From: Trichoplax adhaerens
Taxonomy: Eukaryota > Animalia > Placozoa
NCBI RefSeq assembly: GCF_000150275.1
Contig: NW_002060943.1
Coordinates: 305,077-369,076 of the forward strand
Direction of reading: 5' to 3'
DNA length: 64,000 nucleotides
The notes under the pieces are model-generated. The model was given only the letters and a program-made list of their open reading frames with translations. It ran no database searches and had not been told where the DNA came from. A program made the position numbers and the translations under genes. This document shows positions 1 to 13,537 of this stretch, one piece after another. Position 1 is the stretch's first letter. Every line of letters begins with the position of its first letter.

Positions 1-2101
1 GCAAAAATGATTACTTCTACATACTGTATTGTTTATATTTTGTTGCTGGAAGATTGGTATCTTGTGCCTACGAATTAATTTATTATAGTTAATACACATA
101 CAGTGAAATACGATTTCACTCCGGCGCGTGAGTAAGTATATTGAAATGAAGAGAATACTTTTGTAAAGTTCCTATATTGGTTAGGCGCGACATAATGCTC
201 GATTTTCCGACACCTTCAAGGCCTATTACGCCAACTACTAAGTAGTCCGATTGATCTAGGAAATGCTAGGAAATGCAAAACCCATTTATAAGAGGAATAT
301 TATTGATACGTATATTGTCGAAATGCATGGAACATTGCAACATAGCGGAAGGATATAATCTACCTCCGATGTTAGATTGGTCCATTGGTTAAAGCGATCG
401 ACTAGCTTTGCACATTTAGTCATTCGTTGTTGTTCTTTTAGTTTCAGATGCGATAATAATCGAGTATTGCCAGATACTGTTTGTACTAAGAGCCATAAGT
501 AGTATTGTTATTCATTAAGAATGATGCATGCTGTACGAACATTTTTTTTTTTGCAACTGTTATTCTCGCTCTATACTTTAAAATGCATTATTTCCATTTC
601 ATAAACACACGCAAGTTTAATATGTTAAGAATATGAATGAACAATACAACGATGAAATATTTACCTTTCTCATTGCCGCTAACCACGTTAGCCAAGCCGG
701 GCTTGCTCTTGTTGTTGACATCATGCTTCATCTTCTCGTTGGCTTTGATCATGACAGGTGGACTGACTTTCGTTGCATTCAGAATGGACTTTTGATCTTT
801 ATCGGTATCCTGTGATGGCTGCATCTCCGTAGCATGATTACTAAGTGAAATCGTGGTGGAAATAATAACTTTAAAATTTTCCTAATCCGGGGAAAACTAC
901 CAAATACATCATGCTCCATCTTGATTGTGTTGGAGGACAATGTAAGATGTATTGCTTACCCATTTAATATACTGATGACATTTCCTTCCAACTTTAAAAC
1001 AAATGCATTCAGTTCAACGTATATGACATACAACAAAGCAATTTTTATAGATTTAGGTATCATTGAAATAAACACGAATGTCCTGCTAAGAGACCATTGG
1101 ATCGACCAAAATTGTCCATGTATAAGCATAACTACTGACCTTATTTGCTTTGGTTAAAATTTTGGGTGTTTGTATTTCGAAAGAATTTTGTTGTCGCTGT
1201 TTATTTTAAATTCAATCATAATTTAAGTTAGATTGAGGAGTTATCATTATCGCTAAGACATGGTGATTGTCAATCAATGGATTGATGTATCGGTTGTAGT
1301 AAAGTATGGAAATTGATTTTATTACCAATCCATTGGGGCTGTAGCACTTGCAGTATTTGAGGTATTTATATTATTTTGTTAGTTGATTACTAGTAGTACT
1401 TGATGATGGTTCGTTACGATAAAGTCATATACACACCCGTGTAGTAAATTGACTATTGCTATTTTATTGTACACGTCTTTTCACTTGATAGGAAATGGAG
1501 AGAATGGAAGATTGCATTCATGCATACGATTGCATTGGATGATTAGCTTGGTTATAGGAAAGTGAAGTAGAGGATGCATTGACGATAGAGTAGTTTACAA
1601 CCAATTCCATCGATTCATGCTGTATGGTAAAATCATCTTTTTCTATTAAACTACTTCCTAGTATAACACAAATGGTGGATAGTAAGAATGAATTACATTG
1701 AACAACGTCTACACTTTCAACTGTGCATGCATTGAATGGTCAGTCTAATCCTATACGCGTATTGATTCAACTTGGGTCCATGTTGATGATCTTTGTCAAT
1801 AAAGTACAACCAGCAGTAAATACTATAACAACCATGATTGAAATGGAAATGGTTGCATATTACCATTCCATCTCTTATTATACTGTATGCTATCCAGAAT
1901 GGATTGATTGAATAAGTTAGTTACCCTATTGGCTCGATCTTTGTCACGATTTTTCCCTTTCTTTCTACCCTTGCGAATATCACCACTACTTGATAATGGT
2001 CTTGCTTCGTTGCTACGTTGAGTTGCAGCGGCGCCAAGACTTCTGCTATAATCGCCATAGCGATCATGCTTGATATCCTGATCACTATTAGGATTGTTCA
2101 T
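1..2101 (-). CDS. SMG9: Nonsense-mediated decay factor SMG9 (5' part; gene continues beyond window start)
   Basis: Phase-consistent GT-AG exons 2101-1925, 1196-1140, 991-960, 840-665, 476-364, 265-159, 67-25. They encode a disordered N-terminus, QTPKILTK, RMTKCAKLVDRFNQW and the P-loop FLDQSDYLVVGVIGLEGVGKSSIMSRL, matching human SMG9 LLDQTDVLVVGVLGLQGTGKSMVMSLL. Confidence 0.88.
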
Positions 2102-2659
2102 GTTGATATTGGCCGCTGTTGACTGATTGAAATCATGCCTGATGGCTTATTTGTTGCTTTCTCGATGCCATCATGGCTGCTTGTAGACTCTTTTGCCCAT
2201 CTAATAGGGGGGGGGGGGGGGGTAAGGCCCATTAGTGATCCTATCCTACCAAGCTAGTGTGTATCTCAAACCGGAGTCCCATCTAGTCGATACAGTAGGC
2301 AGCGGTGGTCGAAGAGAGTGACGTGACCAGTCCCCCATTGCTGACCGAGAAGTCGTCTCTCCCACCCATCTCTGATGCCTTCCTGGTCATTACACTGTAC
2401 TCTATCACTAACACCATACACTATACTCTCTAAAATCAATCTGCAAGCTGTTCCCCTGTCGATCATCCAGGCAGATTGAGACTCGCTTCGACTAGAGTAG
2501 TCGATACATATGTCCAAGTCAATACAAATTGACTCACAAAATCGTCTAACGCAGCATGAAGATTCAACGCTTAGGATTAGACGTCCTTCTCTCTTTCTCC
2601 TTTGCCAGTTGCTTCTCGCTTGCAGAGATGGAAAAAAAATAAACTGAAAAGTTCTTTTT

Positions 2660-3760
2660 TAGGCGCTATGCTCCCCATTGGATAGTACTACGATAATATT
2701 GGTACTTAAGAGAGGTGTCCATGATACTACTGACTGAGTGATGACACCATTCTACTGTCATGATGATCACCCATCAAGCACTTGAGAAAGTTGTCCAAGA
2801 TGCAAAAATAAATACTATTTTTATTTTTTGAGCTTGTATGGTTCCCATTGGACAGTATTACGATAATACTGGTACTAAAGAGAGTTATCCATGATACTAT
2901 TAACTGAGTGATGACAACATTCTACTGTCATGATGATCACCAAGCACTTGAGAGAGTTGTTCATGATACAACTGACTGAGTGATGAAATAATCTACTGTT
3001 CATCAAGCACTTGAGAATGTTGTCCATTATGCAAAAATAAATACTACTTTTATTTTTTGAGCCTGTATGGTCCCCATTGGACAGTATTAGGATAATACTG
3101 GCACTTAAGAGAGTTATCCATGATACTATTAACTGAGTGATGACAGCATTCTACTGTCATGATGATCACCCATCAAGCACTTGAGAAAGTTGTCCAAGAT
3201 GCAAAATACTATTTTTATTTTTTGAGCCTGTATGGTTCCCATTGGACAGTATTACGATAATACTGGCAGTAAAGAGAGTTATCCATGATACTACTGACTG
3301 AGTGATGACACCATTCTACTGTCATGATGATCACCCATCAAGCACTTGAGAAAGTTGTCCAAGATGCAAAATACTATTTTTATTTTTTGAGCCTGTATGG
3401 TTCCCATTGGACAGTATTACGGTAATACTGGCACTTAAGAGAGTTATCCATGATACAACTGACTGAGTGATGAAAATAATCTACTGTTCATCAAGCACTT
3501 GAGAAAGTTGTCCATGATACAAAAATAAATACTATATTTCTTTTTTGAGCCTGTATGGTTCCCATTGGACTCGACTACACTTAGGAGAGTTGTCCATGAT
3601 ACTAGTAACTGAGTGATGACACCATTCTACTGTCATGATGATCATCAAGCACTTGAGAAAGAGTTGTCCATGATACAACGGACTGAGTGATGAAAATATT
3701 CTACTGTCACTAAGCACTTGAGAAAGTTGTCCATGACATAAAAAGAAATACTATTTTTGT
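2660..3760. repeat. Complex tandem repeat array A (modular subunits: ACTGAGTGATGACACCATTCTACTGTCATGATGATCA / AAGCACTTGAGAAAGTTGTCC / GAGCCTGTATGGTTCCCATTGGACAGTATT)
   Basis: Many near-identical modules visible directly; diverged copies continue at about 4110-4340. Confidence 0.9.
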
Positions 3761-4347
3761 AAGAAGTTTTCCAGCAAATGTAGAGACAGCGTATTAGCAA
3801 AGTAGAGAACTTTATCAAGACTTCAAAGTGCGAACTAATAAAATATGACAGCAAGACTCCTATATCCAATCGATGATGGAATATTGTAGAACTTACTGCA
3901 TTAGTAGTTAGTATCATATACTGTACATAGAATGAGTATTGTAGAGGGTTCTACATTAGAGGGATCCAGAATGTCAAAAATGTTTCATCATGTTAGCTAG
4001 ACACTTGCATATTGTACCATATTCCATTTTCTATCATCGCTCCAAATTTCAAGTTGCTAATTTAACGAGAACCTTCCTCTATCACTCTACTAATACTATG
4101 ACAAATTTTTTAGACTCTATGGTCTCTATTGGACAGCACTAGTGCAATACTGGTACTTGGAGAGTTCTCCATGATACTCCTAACTGAGTGATGAAAATAT
4201 TCACCTATCACGAAGCACTTGAGAAAGTTGTCCATGATATAACAAAAATAGATATAATTTTGGTAGACTGTATAGTTTCTATTGGACAGCACTACAGCAA
4301 TGCTGGCGCTTGAAAGAGTTATCCATGATACTCCTGACTGAGTAAGT

Positions 4348-5167
4348 AGTGATCGCACCCAAACTTTACTATTTACTCTAAGTTGATCTCCGTTTAACTC
4401 TCATCGGAGACTGGTAGTCAGTGGAAACTAATTGACTGCATTTTAGTATGGACTGTTTGTAAGAGATGCATGATCGGATTAGTGATCGCACCCAAACTTT
4501 ACTATCTACTCTTGAGTTGATTTCCGTTTAACTCTCGTCGGAGACTGGTAGTCAATGGGAAACTAATTGACTGTATGCTAGTATGGACTGTTTGTTTGTT
4601 TGTAAGACATGCATGATCGGATTAGTGATCGCACCCAAGCTTTACTATCTACTCTTAAGTTGATTTCCGTTTCACTCTCGGAGACTGGTAGTCAATGGGA
4701 AACTAATTGACTGTATTCTAGTATGGACTGTTTGTTTGTAGGAGATGCATGATCGGATTAGTGATCGCACCCAAGCTTTACTATCTACTCTAAGTTGATC
4801 TCCGCTTAACTCTCGGAGACTGATAGTCAATGGAAACTAATTGACTGTATTTTAGTATGGACTGTTTGTAAGAGATGCATGATCGGATTAGTGATCGCAC
4901 CCAAACTTTACTATCTACTCTTGAGTTGATTTCCGTTTAACTCTCGTCGGAGACTGGTAGTCAATGGGAAACTAATTGACTGTATTCTAGTATGGACTGT
5001 TTGTTTGTAAGAGATGCATAATCGGCTATGATCGGATTAGTGATCGCACCCAAGCTTTACTATTTACTCTAAGTTGATCTCCGCTTAACTCTCGGAGACT
5101 GATAGTCAATGGAAACTAATTGACTGTATTCTAGTATGGACTGTTTGTAAGAGATGCATGATCGGCT
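4348..5167. repeat. Tandem repeat array B, six units of 130-149 bp
   Basis: AGTGATCGCACCCA recurs at 4348, 4481, 4624, 4760, 4890 and 5039. Confidence 0.92.
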
Positions 5168-5418
5168 TTATTGAAGCAGATTACGGATAATCAATACTGT
5201 AAGTACCATCACAGGTGTGGATTTACTGGTCCCTGATACAGCAATTCCTGAGTACGCGTCCATCATCTAGCGCTCCAAGTCTACCTTTTCCACTAGCAAG
5301 AGTAAACTAGCTCCGTTGTCCAACAGTAACATCATTTTGGAGTACAGTAGTGTTCACTACAGGCCATGATTTACAGCCGGTTCTATTCCCTCAATGGATA
5401 ACAGTAGTATCGTAGAAG

Positions 5419-5468
5419 NNNNNNNNNNNNNNNNNNNNNNNNNNNNNNNNNNNNNNNNNNNNNNNNNN
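5419..5468. other. Assembly gap (50 N)
   Basis: Run of n characters. Confidence 1.
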
Positions 5469-8238
5469 GAGTGATGACACCATTCTACTGTCATGATGAT
5501 CACCAAGCACTTGAGAGAGAGTTGTTCATGATACAACGAACTGACTGAGAGATGAAAGTAATCTACTGTTCATCAAGCACTTGAGAAAGTTGTCCAAGAT
5601 GCAAAAATAAATACTATTTTTTGAGCCTGTATGGTCCCCATTGGACAGTATTAGGATAATACTGGCACTAAAGAGAGTTATCCATGATACTATTAACTGA
5701 GTGATGACACCATTCTACTGTCATGATGATCACCAAGCACTTGAGAGAGAGCTGTTCATGATACAACGAACTGACTGAGTGATGAAAGTAATCTACTGTT
5801 CATCCAGCACTTGAGAAAGTTGTCCAAGATGCATAAGTAAATACTATTTTTATTTTTGAGCCTGTATGGTTCCCATTGGACAGTATTAAGATAATACTGG
5901 CACTAAAGAGAGTTATCCATGATACTATTAACTGAGTGATGATACCATTCTACTGTCATGATGATCACCAAGCACTTGAGAGAGAGTTGTTCATGATACA
6001 ACGAACTGACTGAGTGATGAAAGTAATCTACTGTTCATCCAGCACTTGAGAAAGTTGTCCAAGATGCAAAAGTAAATACTATTTTTATTTTTGAGCCTGT
6101 ATGGTTCCCATTGGACAGTATTACGATAATACTGGCACTAAAGAGAGTTATCCACGATACTATTAACTGAGTGATGACACCATTCTACTGTCATGATGAT
6201 CACCAAGCACTTGAGAGAGTTCTTCATGATACGACTAACTGACTGAGTGATGAAAGTAATCAACTGTTCATCAAGCACTTGAGAAAGTTGTCCAAGATGC
6301 AAAAATAAATACTATTTTTTGAGCCTGTATGGTTCCCATTGGACAGTATTAGGATAATACTGGCACTTAAGAGAGTTATGCATGATACTACTATTAACTG
6401 AGTGATGACACCATTCTACTGTCATGATGATCACCCATAAAGCACTTGAGAAAGTTGTCCAAGATGCAAAATAAATACTATATTTATTTTTTGAGCCTGT
6501 ATGGTTCCCATTGGACTCGACTACACTTAGGAGAGTTGTCCATGATACTAGTAACTGAGTGATGACACCATTCTACTGTCATGATGATCATCAAGCACTT
6601 GAGAAAGAGTTGTCCATGATACAACTGACTGAGTGATGAAAATATTCTACTGTCACTAAGCACTTGAGAAAGTTGTCCATGACATAAAAAGAAATACTAT
6701 TTTTGTAAGAAGTTTTCCAGCAAATGTAGAGACAGCGTATTAGCAAAGTAGAGAACTTTATCAAGACTTCAAAGTGCGAACTAATAAAATATGACAGCAA
6801 GACTCCTATATCCAATCGATGATGGAATATTGTAGAACTTACTGCATTAGTAGTTAGTATCATATACTGTACATAGAATGAGTATTGTAGAGGGTTCTAC
6901 ATTAGAGGGATCCAGAATGTAAAAAATGTTGCATCATGTTAGCTAGACACTTGCATATTGTACCATATTCCACTTTCTATCATCGCTCCAAATTTCAAGT
7001 TGCTAATTTAACGATAACCTTCCTCTATCACTCTACTAATACTATGACAAATTTTTTAGACTCTATGGTCTCTATTGGACAGCACTAGTGCAATACTGGT
7101 ACTTGGAGAGTTCTCCATGATACTCCTAACTGAGTGATGAAAATATTCACCTATCACGAAGCACTTAAGAAAATTGTCCATGATATAACAAAAATAGATA
7201 CAATTTTGGTAGACTGTATAGTTGCTATTGGACAGCACTACAGCAATGCTGGCGCTTGAAAGAGCTATCCATGATACTCCTGACTGAGTAAGTGGTGATC
7301 GCACCCAAACTTTACTATTTACTCTAAGTTGATCTCCGTTTAACTCTCGTCGGAGACTGGTAGTCAATGGAAACTAATAGACTGTATTCTAGTATGGACT
7401 GTTTGTTTGTAAGAGATGCATAATCGGCTATGATCGGATTAGTGATCGCACCCAAGCTTTACTATTTACTCTTAAGTTGATCTCCGCTTAGCTCTCGGAG
7501 ACTGGTAGTCAATGGGAAACTAATTGACTGTATTCTAGTATGGACTGTTTGTTTGTAAGAGATGCATGATCGGCTATGATCGGATTAGTGATCGCACCCA
7601 GGCTTTACTATCTACTCTTAAGTTGATCTCCGCTTAGCTCTCGGAGACTGGTAGTCAATGGGAAATTAATTGACTGTATTCTAGTATGGACTGTTTGTTT
7701 GTAAGAGATGCATAATCGGCTATGATCGGATTAGTGATCGCACCCAAGCTTTACTATTTACTCTTAAGTTGATCTCCGCTTAGCTCTCGGAGACTGGTAG
7801 TCAATGGGAAACTAATTGACTGTATTCTAGTATGGACTGTTTGTTTGTAAGAGATGCATAATCGGCTATGATCGGATTAGTGATCGCACCCAAGCTTTAC
7901 TATTTACTCTAAGTTGATCTCCGCTTAACTCTCGGAGACTGATAGTCAATGGAAACTAATGGACTGTTTGTAGAGATGCATGATCGGCTTTATTGAAGCA
8001 GATTACGGATAATCAATACTGTAAGTACCATCACAGGTGTGGATTTACTGGTCCCTGATACAGCAATTCCTGAGTACGCGTCCATCATCTAGCGCTCCAA
8101 GTCTACCTTTTCCACTAGCAAGAGTAAACTAGCTCCGTTGTCCAACAGTAACATCATTTTGGAGTACAGTAGTGTTCACTACAGGCCATGATTTACAGCC
8201 GGTTCTATTCCCTCAATGGATAACAGTAGTATCGTAGA
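5469..8238. repeat. Second copy of the ~2.8-2.9 kb block (array A + unique spacer + array B + unique tail)
   Basis: 3645-3917 is nearly identical to 6591-6863 (offset 2946). The tail 5165-5418 matches about 7985-8238. Array B has five units here (7294, 7441, 7587, 7733, 7879). Confidence 0.92.
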
Positions 8239-8239
8239 A

Positions 8240-10080
8240 GCAGTCCTAGACAGCGATTTGTAATCAAGAAGAAATGGCACTTCCAAGTCCCTGTCATGGA
8301 ATTCAATCCATCTACAAGCGCAGCCATGTTCTGTCTTCATCCCTAGCCATTGCAGTTTGGTAAAATGGAAAATCTCCTGCTGTCAATACAACTGCATTGT
8401 TGACATGCGCTGTCACCACAGTGGTTCTTCATGCCCACTTGGCCACCCCTGTGACCCACTATGTCACGCATATTCGTAGAGTAGAGTATAGTATCACGTT
8501 ATTGGATGGCACCACATTGAGATCGATGGCTTTAACACGGGCTACAAAAGCACCTGGTGTGGTCGCTGAGTGGACTGTAGTACCATAGTGGTACCGTAGT
8601 GGTAACGTAATAGTACCGTAATAGTACCATAATGGTACCGTAGTGGTACCGTAGTAGTACCACACCGTACCACACCCGTGGCTAACGCTGACTCTCACCA
8701 GTAGTGCAGTGCAGTGGTCGAGTTCTCCAGCATTACCCTAGCCTAGTATCACGTTATTGGATGGCACCACATTGAGATCGATGGCTGTAACACGGGCTAC
8801 AAAAGCACCTGGTGTGGTCGCTGAGTGGACTGTAGTACCATAGTGGTACCGTAGTGGTATCGTAGTAGTACCGTAATAGTACCGTAATAGTACCGTAATA
8901 GTACCGTAATAGTATCATAGTGGTACCGTAGTGGTACCCAGTAGTAGTACCACACCGTACCACACCCATGGCTAACGCTGACTCTCACAGTCTCACCACC
9001 AGTGGAGTGCAGTGGTCGAGTTTCCAGCATTTCCCTAGCCTAGTAAGCCTACTGTACTGTATACACTATACTGCCCAACCAAGCACACTTGCCCTCACAC
9101 CGGTCCGGTCCGGTCCGGTCCGGTCCGGCCCTCACTGCCCAAGTGCACATTCAGTACTAGGCGGAGACCTCAGCGCTGATCAACTCACTCTTACTGGGTG
9201 TGTTCACGTGTCGTTGCGTGTAGGAGAGGAGAAAGACAGTGAGAGGGTAATGTCCATCATGGCCATCTTGTAGTCATTACTGTTGATTGGCAATATCATT
9301 ATTATTCTGTGGTGTAGAAAGGAATTTTAATCCAGCGAATGGTTTAATCGATATCATTTAGGTTACAATCCATGTCTGAAGAGAACGTCAAGATGCGAGG
9401 CAAGCGAAAAGCGTCCAATGCTGGCTTTGATGCGATACCGGTAAATGATGTTGATGGTACAATTTGCTAAACAGATTGAATTCAATCATCAGTAACCTCC
9501 ACTGAAACGGATAATCATGCATGTTATGTATACGTTTATGGATCATCGATTCATGATGGAGGTAGGGGGAATGCACTGGGTGATACAACAATCTTTGGCC
9601 ACTTTGATGTGCAAGCTACAGTACGACAAGATTGCGTGGAGAACAACAACTCTTCATCGACTTCTTGTCACCTAAGTGTAGTCCATTTTCCAATAAAAGC
9701 CGCTATCAATCACCTTGATCTTGAGTTGAGAAAAGACAGGATTGAATCAATGGCTTGCCTACAAGTTCAATTCAATGGTAACAAGTAGCTAGTAGCTCTA
9801 TCCACGTCTGATGGCGATATCCAAAATGGGTCGTCGCAAATCTCCGCTCTATATCCATTTTGAAGTAGTCCTGCCTGATAGGATCATCAATCACAAATCG
9901 GAGGAGAACCGGTTGTATTCTAACGGCAGATACCACAGTGATCAAACTACGCTTCTGCATAGTGGACTTCTATTTCGTTGGATAATATTCATCATGGCTG
10001 TATACAGTAGAAATTGTAAAATGAATTTCATTGCGTAGTTATCGCCAGGCTAATTGGAATTTCACCAAGAGTTTGATTCA
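8240..10080 (-). pseudogene. Degenerate cadherin-repeat sequence (pseudogene fragments)
   Basis: Frameshifted, stop-ridden minus-strand peptides resemble cadherin motifs: MNQTLGEI..FYNF/TVYSHDEYYPT, SLITVVSA, DYFKMDIE(SG), DVDRATSYLL, VSVEVTDD, SDMDCNLN, ATTPGAFVARVKAIDLNVVPSNNVILYS, TAMARDED. Confidence 0.55.
8489..9046. repeat. Two-copy direct repeat (~255-300 bp) containing an 11-mer minisatellite (GTACCGTAATA/GTACCGTAGTG)
   Basis: TAGTATCACGTTATTGGATGGCACC begins at 8489 and 8744; the number of 11-mer units differs between copies. Confidence 0.9.
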
Positions 10081-10267
10081 TTTCCACTACTCATATCCTG
10101 CTGTTGCAACAGTATCGTACATGTTCTACACATGAGTACAATATTACCAATAGGCCGTATGGCGTAGACTCAGGGGAAAAAAAACAGGTATACGGACTAC
10201 TCTCTACTTCCCCAAAAATACACTAGTTCCGGATAGGCGTGATGTCCGTCCATGAAGGACAGTAGTG

Positions 10268-13200
10268 ATGATGAATCTACCAAGTAGAAGTAAGCATTTT
10301 AGGCTACACCTAAATAGACGGGACAAAGTGATTTCTACCTTGGCTACTTGTATCGTAAGCGAATAATCAATTTTGTCCATTCAAGTTGACCTGATTACAT
10401 AACAAAAAAATTGCAATCTTGAGATTACTTGTACAGTTTACGATCAGGCTTTAAATTAAATATCATTGGAATCATACCTCCAACGACATGTTCAAAACGA
10501 CAAATGCCGACAATTTAGCCAACAAGTATTGCAAAGCATTAATAATAGATAATTATATCATCTTTCCTGATTTGTCAAACTCGTGTCGTGATTGGATTAT
10601 GGAAATAAATGTGCAAGCACCGTGTAGTGTTAGCATGCCAATCAAATGGCGAAATTTGAGTGTGTAGCATCAGCAATATGTAACTAAAATGAGATTGAAA
10701 ATACGAGCACATAGTGAACATTTTCAATTTGTTTTGCATTACGTATGAAAAGGTACAAAATAACCTACTGTAGTTACTACGTTATACATGTGTACTAGCG
10801 ATATAAAGTATAGCTTGATAATAGTGATCGACAGTAATTACTATTGATCGTTTAGGCCTTTGTCCACAACAGGGCTTTCCTTTGCCATTAATAAATAGAA
10901 ATGAACAAATAAATAAATACTCTTCGGCCTACCTATTCGTATTCAGTGATGATTGTAGCAAATTTTTCATTATACGTATCTACTAAATTTGAATTCATTC
11001 AAATCCTGCCAGGTGTACAGCGTGATTTTTAAAGTTATGATATCGTGATTGAACTTTGATACTAATGAATCAATTGGTGTGTGCTAATAATTTCTGTAGT
11101 GATGCCATGGCTAACATTGAATTCTTGTCATGTTTTATTGTAGCTTGCAGCTAAGAGACCGGCGCTTTACGCACATCAGGTGGAAAAAAATGGAGAATCT
11201 TACGTTCCAATATCACTCGAGGATGCTCAATCTGGCAAAGGTTCGATGCTATTGCTAGTATAATTTTGCCTAAATGATAAGGTGTTGTCTTGATTGAGTT
11301 TATTAATTTGCTAAAAGATGAGCCTTGTACTCGTATACAGTTGTATCAAATCTTATCAGTATTTATCGTTCAGTTTGGTTCCTTACTGTCAAGGGGTAAT
11401 AGTTTATCGAACTGACTTGCCTTTCACATTACTCGTAGATCGAAATTTTTGAGTGAGGCTTAGAGCTAGCCTTTCCGTTAAGAATAATCTTTTTATTTGC
11501 TAGTGTCGAATATTACATACTGCATTATTTATCAATTTATCATGCTAAAATCAAATTTATCAAATTTACATGTCTACATGGTATACACGTATATTGTATT
11601 ACTTGCCAAGTTATGATGCTAAAATTGAATTTATTCTCCCATGAATTATATTTCAGCGTCAAGGCCGGTAAGAGTATATGCCGATGGAATTTTTGATTTA
11701 TTTCACATTGGTCATATGAACGCCCTAAGACAAGCAAAGGGTGTTTTTCCAAATGTCTATTTACTGGTCGGAGGTATATTTTGTGCATATTGATCAATAA
11801 AATTAGGGCTTAAGGTGTAAGCTGCTTTTCGTATGAGAATTTAGTTTTTACTCCATTGGGACTGCCATGATGATATTAGCCAGTGGTTGTAACATAGATA
11901 CTGTAGTTTATCGTATAATAAATGTGTTGATGCTGTAAAGGAGTTGATTGATATGTTGATACAATCATGATCGATAAGAAAGAGGGACTATCGACAATTG
12001 TCAATAATAATTGTTCATTGCTCAAAATGTGGAAGCTGACAATTTTGTTCCATCATTTCAGCTGTACTGGATATCTGTAGCCGGTAACCGTGCACTGTAT
12101 ATCGTTCACAGGTGCATTCCTAAGTAGTCACCAAGTTAGTTGCACACTGTACGACGTGCGGCTTCAGTTTTCCGATATAGTTAAATGACCAACAAAATAG
12201 TCAGCCTATACACTTTTAGCAATAAACAGTTGTTTGACTGTCCCTCTCTTTTTTCTTCAAGTAGTCCCTGATATGAAGCAGCTTCCAAAAGGTAAATGTT
12301 ATTAACATTTTGGAAGCTGAGTTCATGTCAAGGTATCAGGGAGTGTTATCTAAAATTCATACTATGATGTCGATAACTGTATACAATTGATTTATTTTGA
12401 CTGAATGTAGTCTGTAGTGATGAATTAACACACAACATGAAAGGATTTACCGTCATGACTGAGAAAGAGCGCTATGAATCATTGGTTCATTGCCGTTATG
12501 TGGACGAGGTTGTTACGGGTGCGCCGTGGTTGATTACTCCAGAGTTTATGGAAGAACATCAGGTCTAGCTTGCACTTTTATGCAGTATATGTACAGTATG
12601 CTATTATTTTTTGCTCTGTATCACAATGATATAAGGGGATAATTACAAGAGTTTTGCTTTAGAATGTGCACTTATACATCTTTTTATATTTGCTGTATTT
12701 AGATTGACTTTGTAGCCCATGATGATCTTCCATATCAATCCAGCACTTCCAACGATATATATAAGGATATTAAGGCGATGGGAAGGTTTGTTGCAACTCA
12801 ACGGACTGAAGGTATATCAACGTCCGACTTAATTACCAGAATTGTGAGAAACTATGATACCTACGTCAGAAGGAATTTACGTAGAGGTTATTCTGCGAAA
12901 GATTTAAATGTTGGTTTTGTAAAGGTATGATTAATAAAATTCTAGTCATCAAGGATAATTATGCAGTGTAAAAAGAAACTTGAAAATTATTGCTTTCATT
13001 CAAACTACAAATTATAGGGAAAGCAATACGAAATGCAAAATACTGTTAGTCAGTTAAGAGAAAAATTTAAAAACGTTGAAGATCGATCACAGCGATTTAT
13101 ACAAAGGGTTGAAGGAAGATCCCATGAAATATGGAAAAAGGTAGAAGATACATCTTCAATTCTTGTCCAAAAATGGGATGAAAAATCACGGGAACTTATT

Positions 13201-13537
13201 GGAAACTTTTTAAAATTTTTTGAACACAATGGTGGATTGGTAAGGATATCATTACATGATAATATTCCTAAGTGCACATACTCTGTAGTTGCATGTTATG
13301 CGAGACTGACTTTACATATACTACTTTCAGAGGCAAATTTTCAACGATGGTAAAGAAATAATGCAAGGTGCCTTCCATTCACCGCCAAATTCACCTCGGA
13401 ATATGTTTTCCTTCTTTGATAGCGACAATAATAACGATGAAGAAAGCGATGGTACCGCACCAGAAATGCTATCGTCAGATGAATTGAATGGCACAGATGA
13501 TGTGGTTAATAGTGATAAATCTCTTGTTAGTGCTTAA
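10268..13537 (+). CDS. PCYT1: Choline-phosphate cytidylyltransferase (CCT), canonical copy A
   Basis: Exons 10268-10289 (tentative first exon), ~11151-11240, 11657-11773, 12411-12562, 12703-12924, 13018-13239, 13331-13537. Motifs [51 protein letters not shown], autoinhibitory helix [16 protein letters not shown] and an SP-rich acidic tail. Confidence 0.95.

Noticed and set aside
3532-9030. Short ORFs listed in the track within the repeat arrays
   Set aside because: They are by-products of tandem repeats. Only the cadherin-like fragments carry recognisable protein signal.
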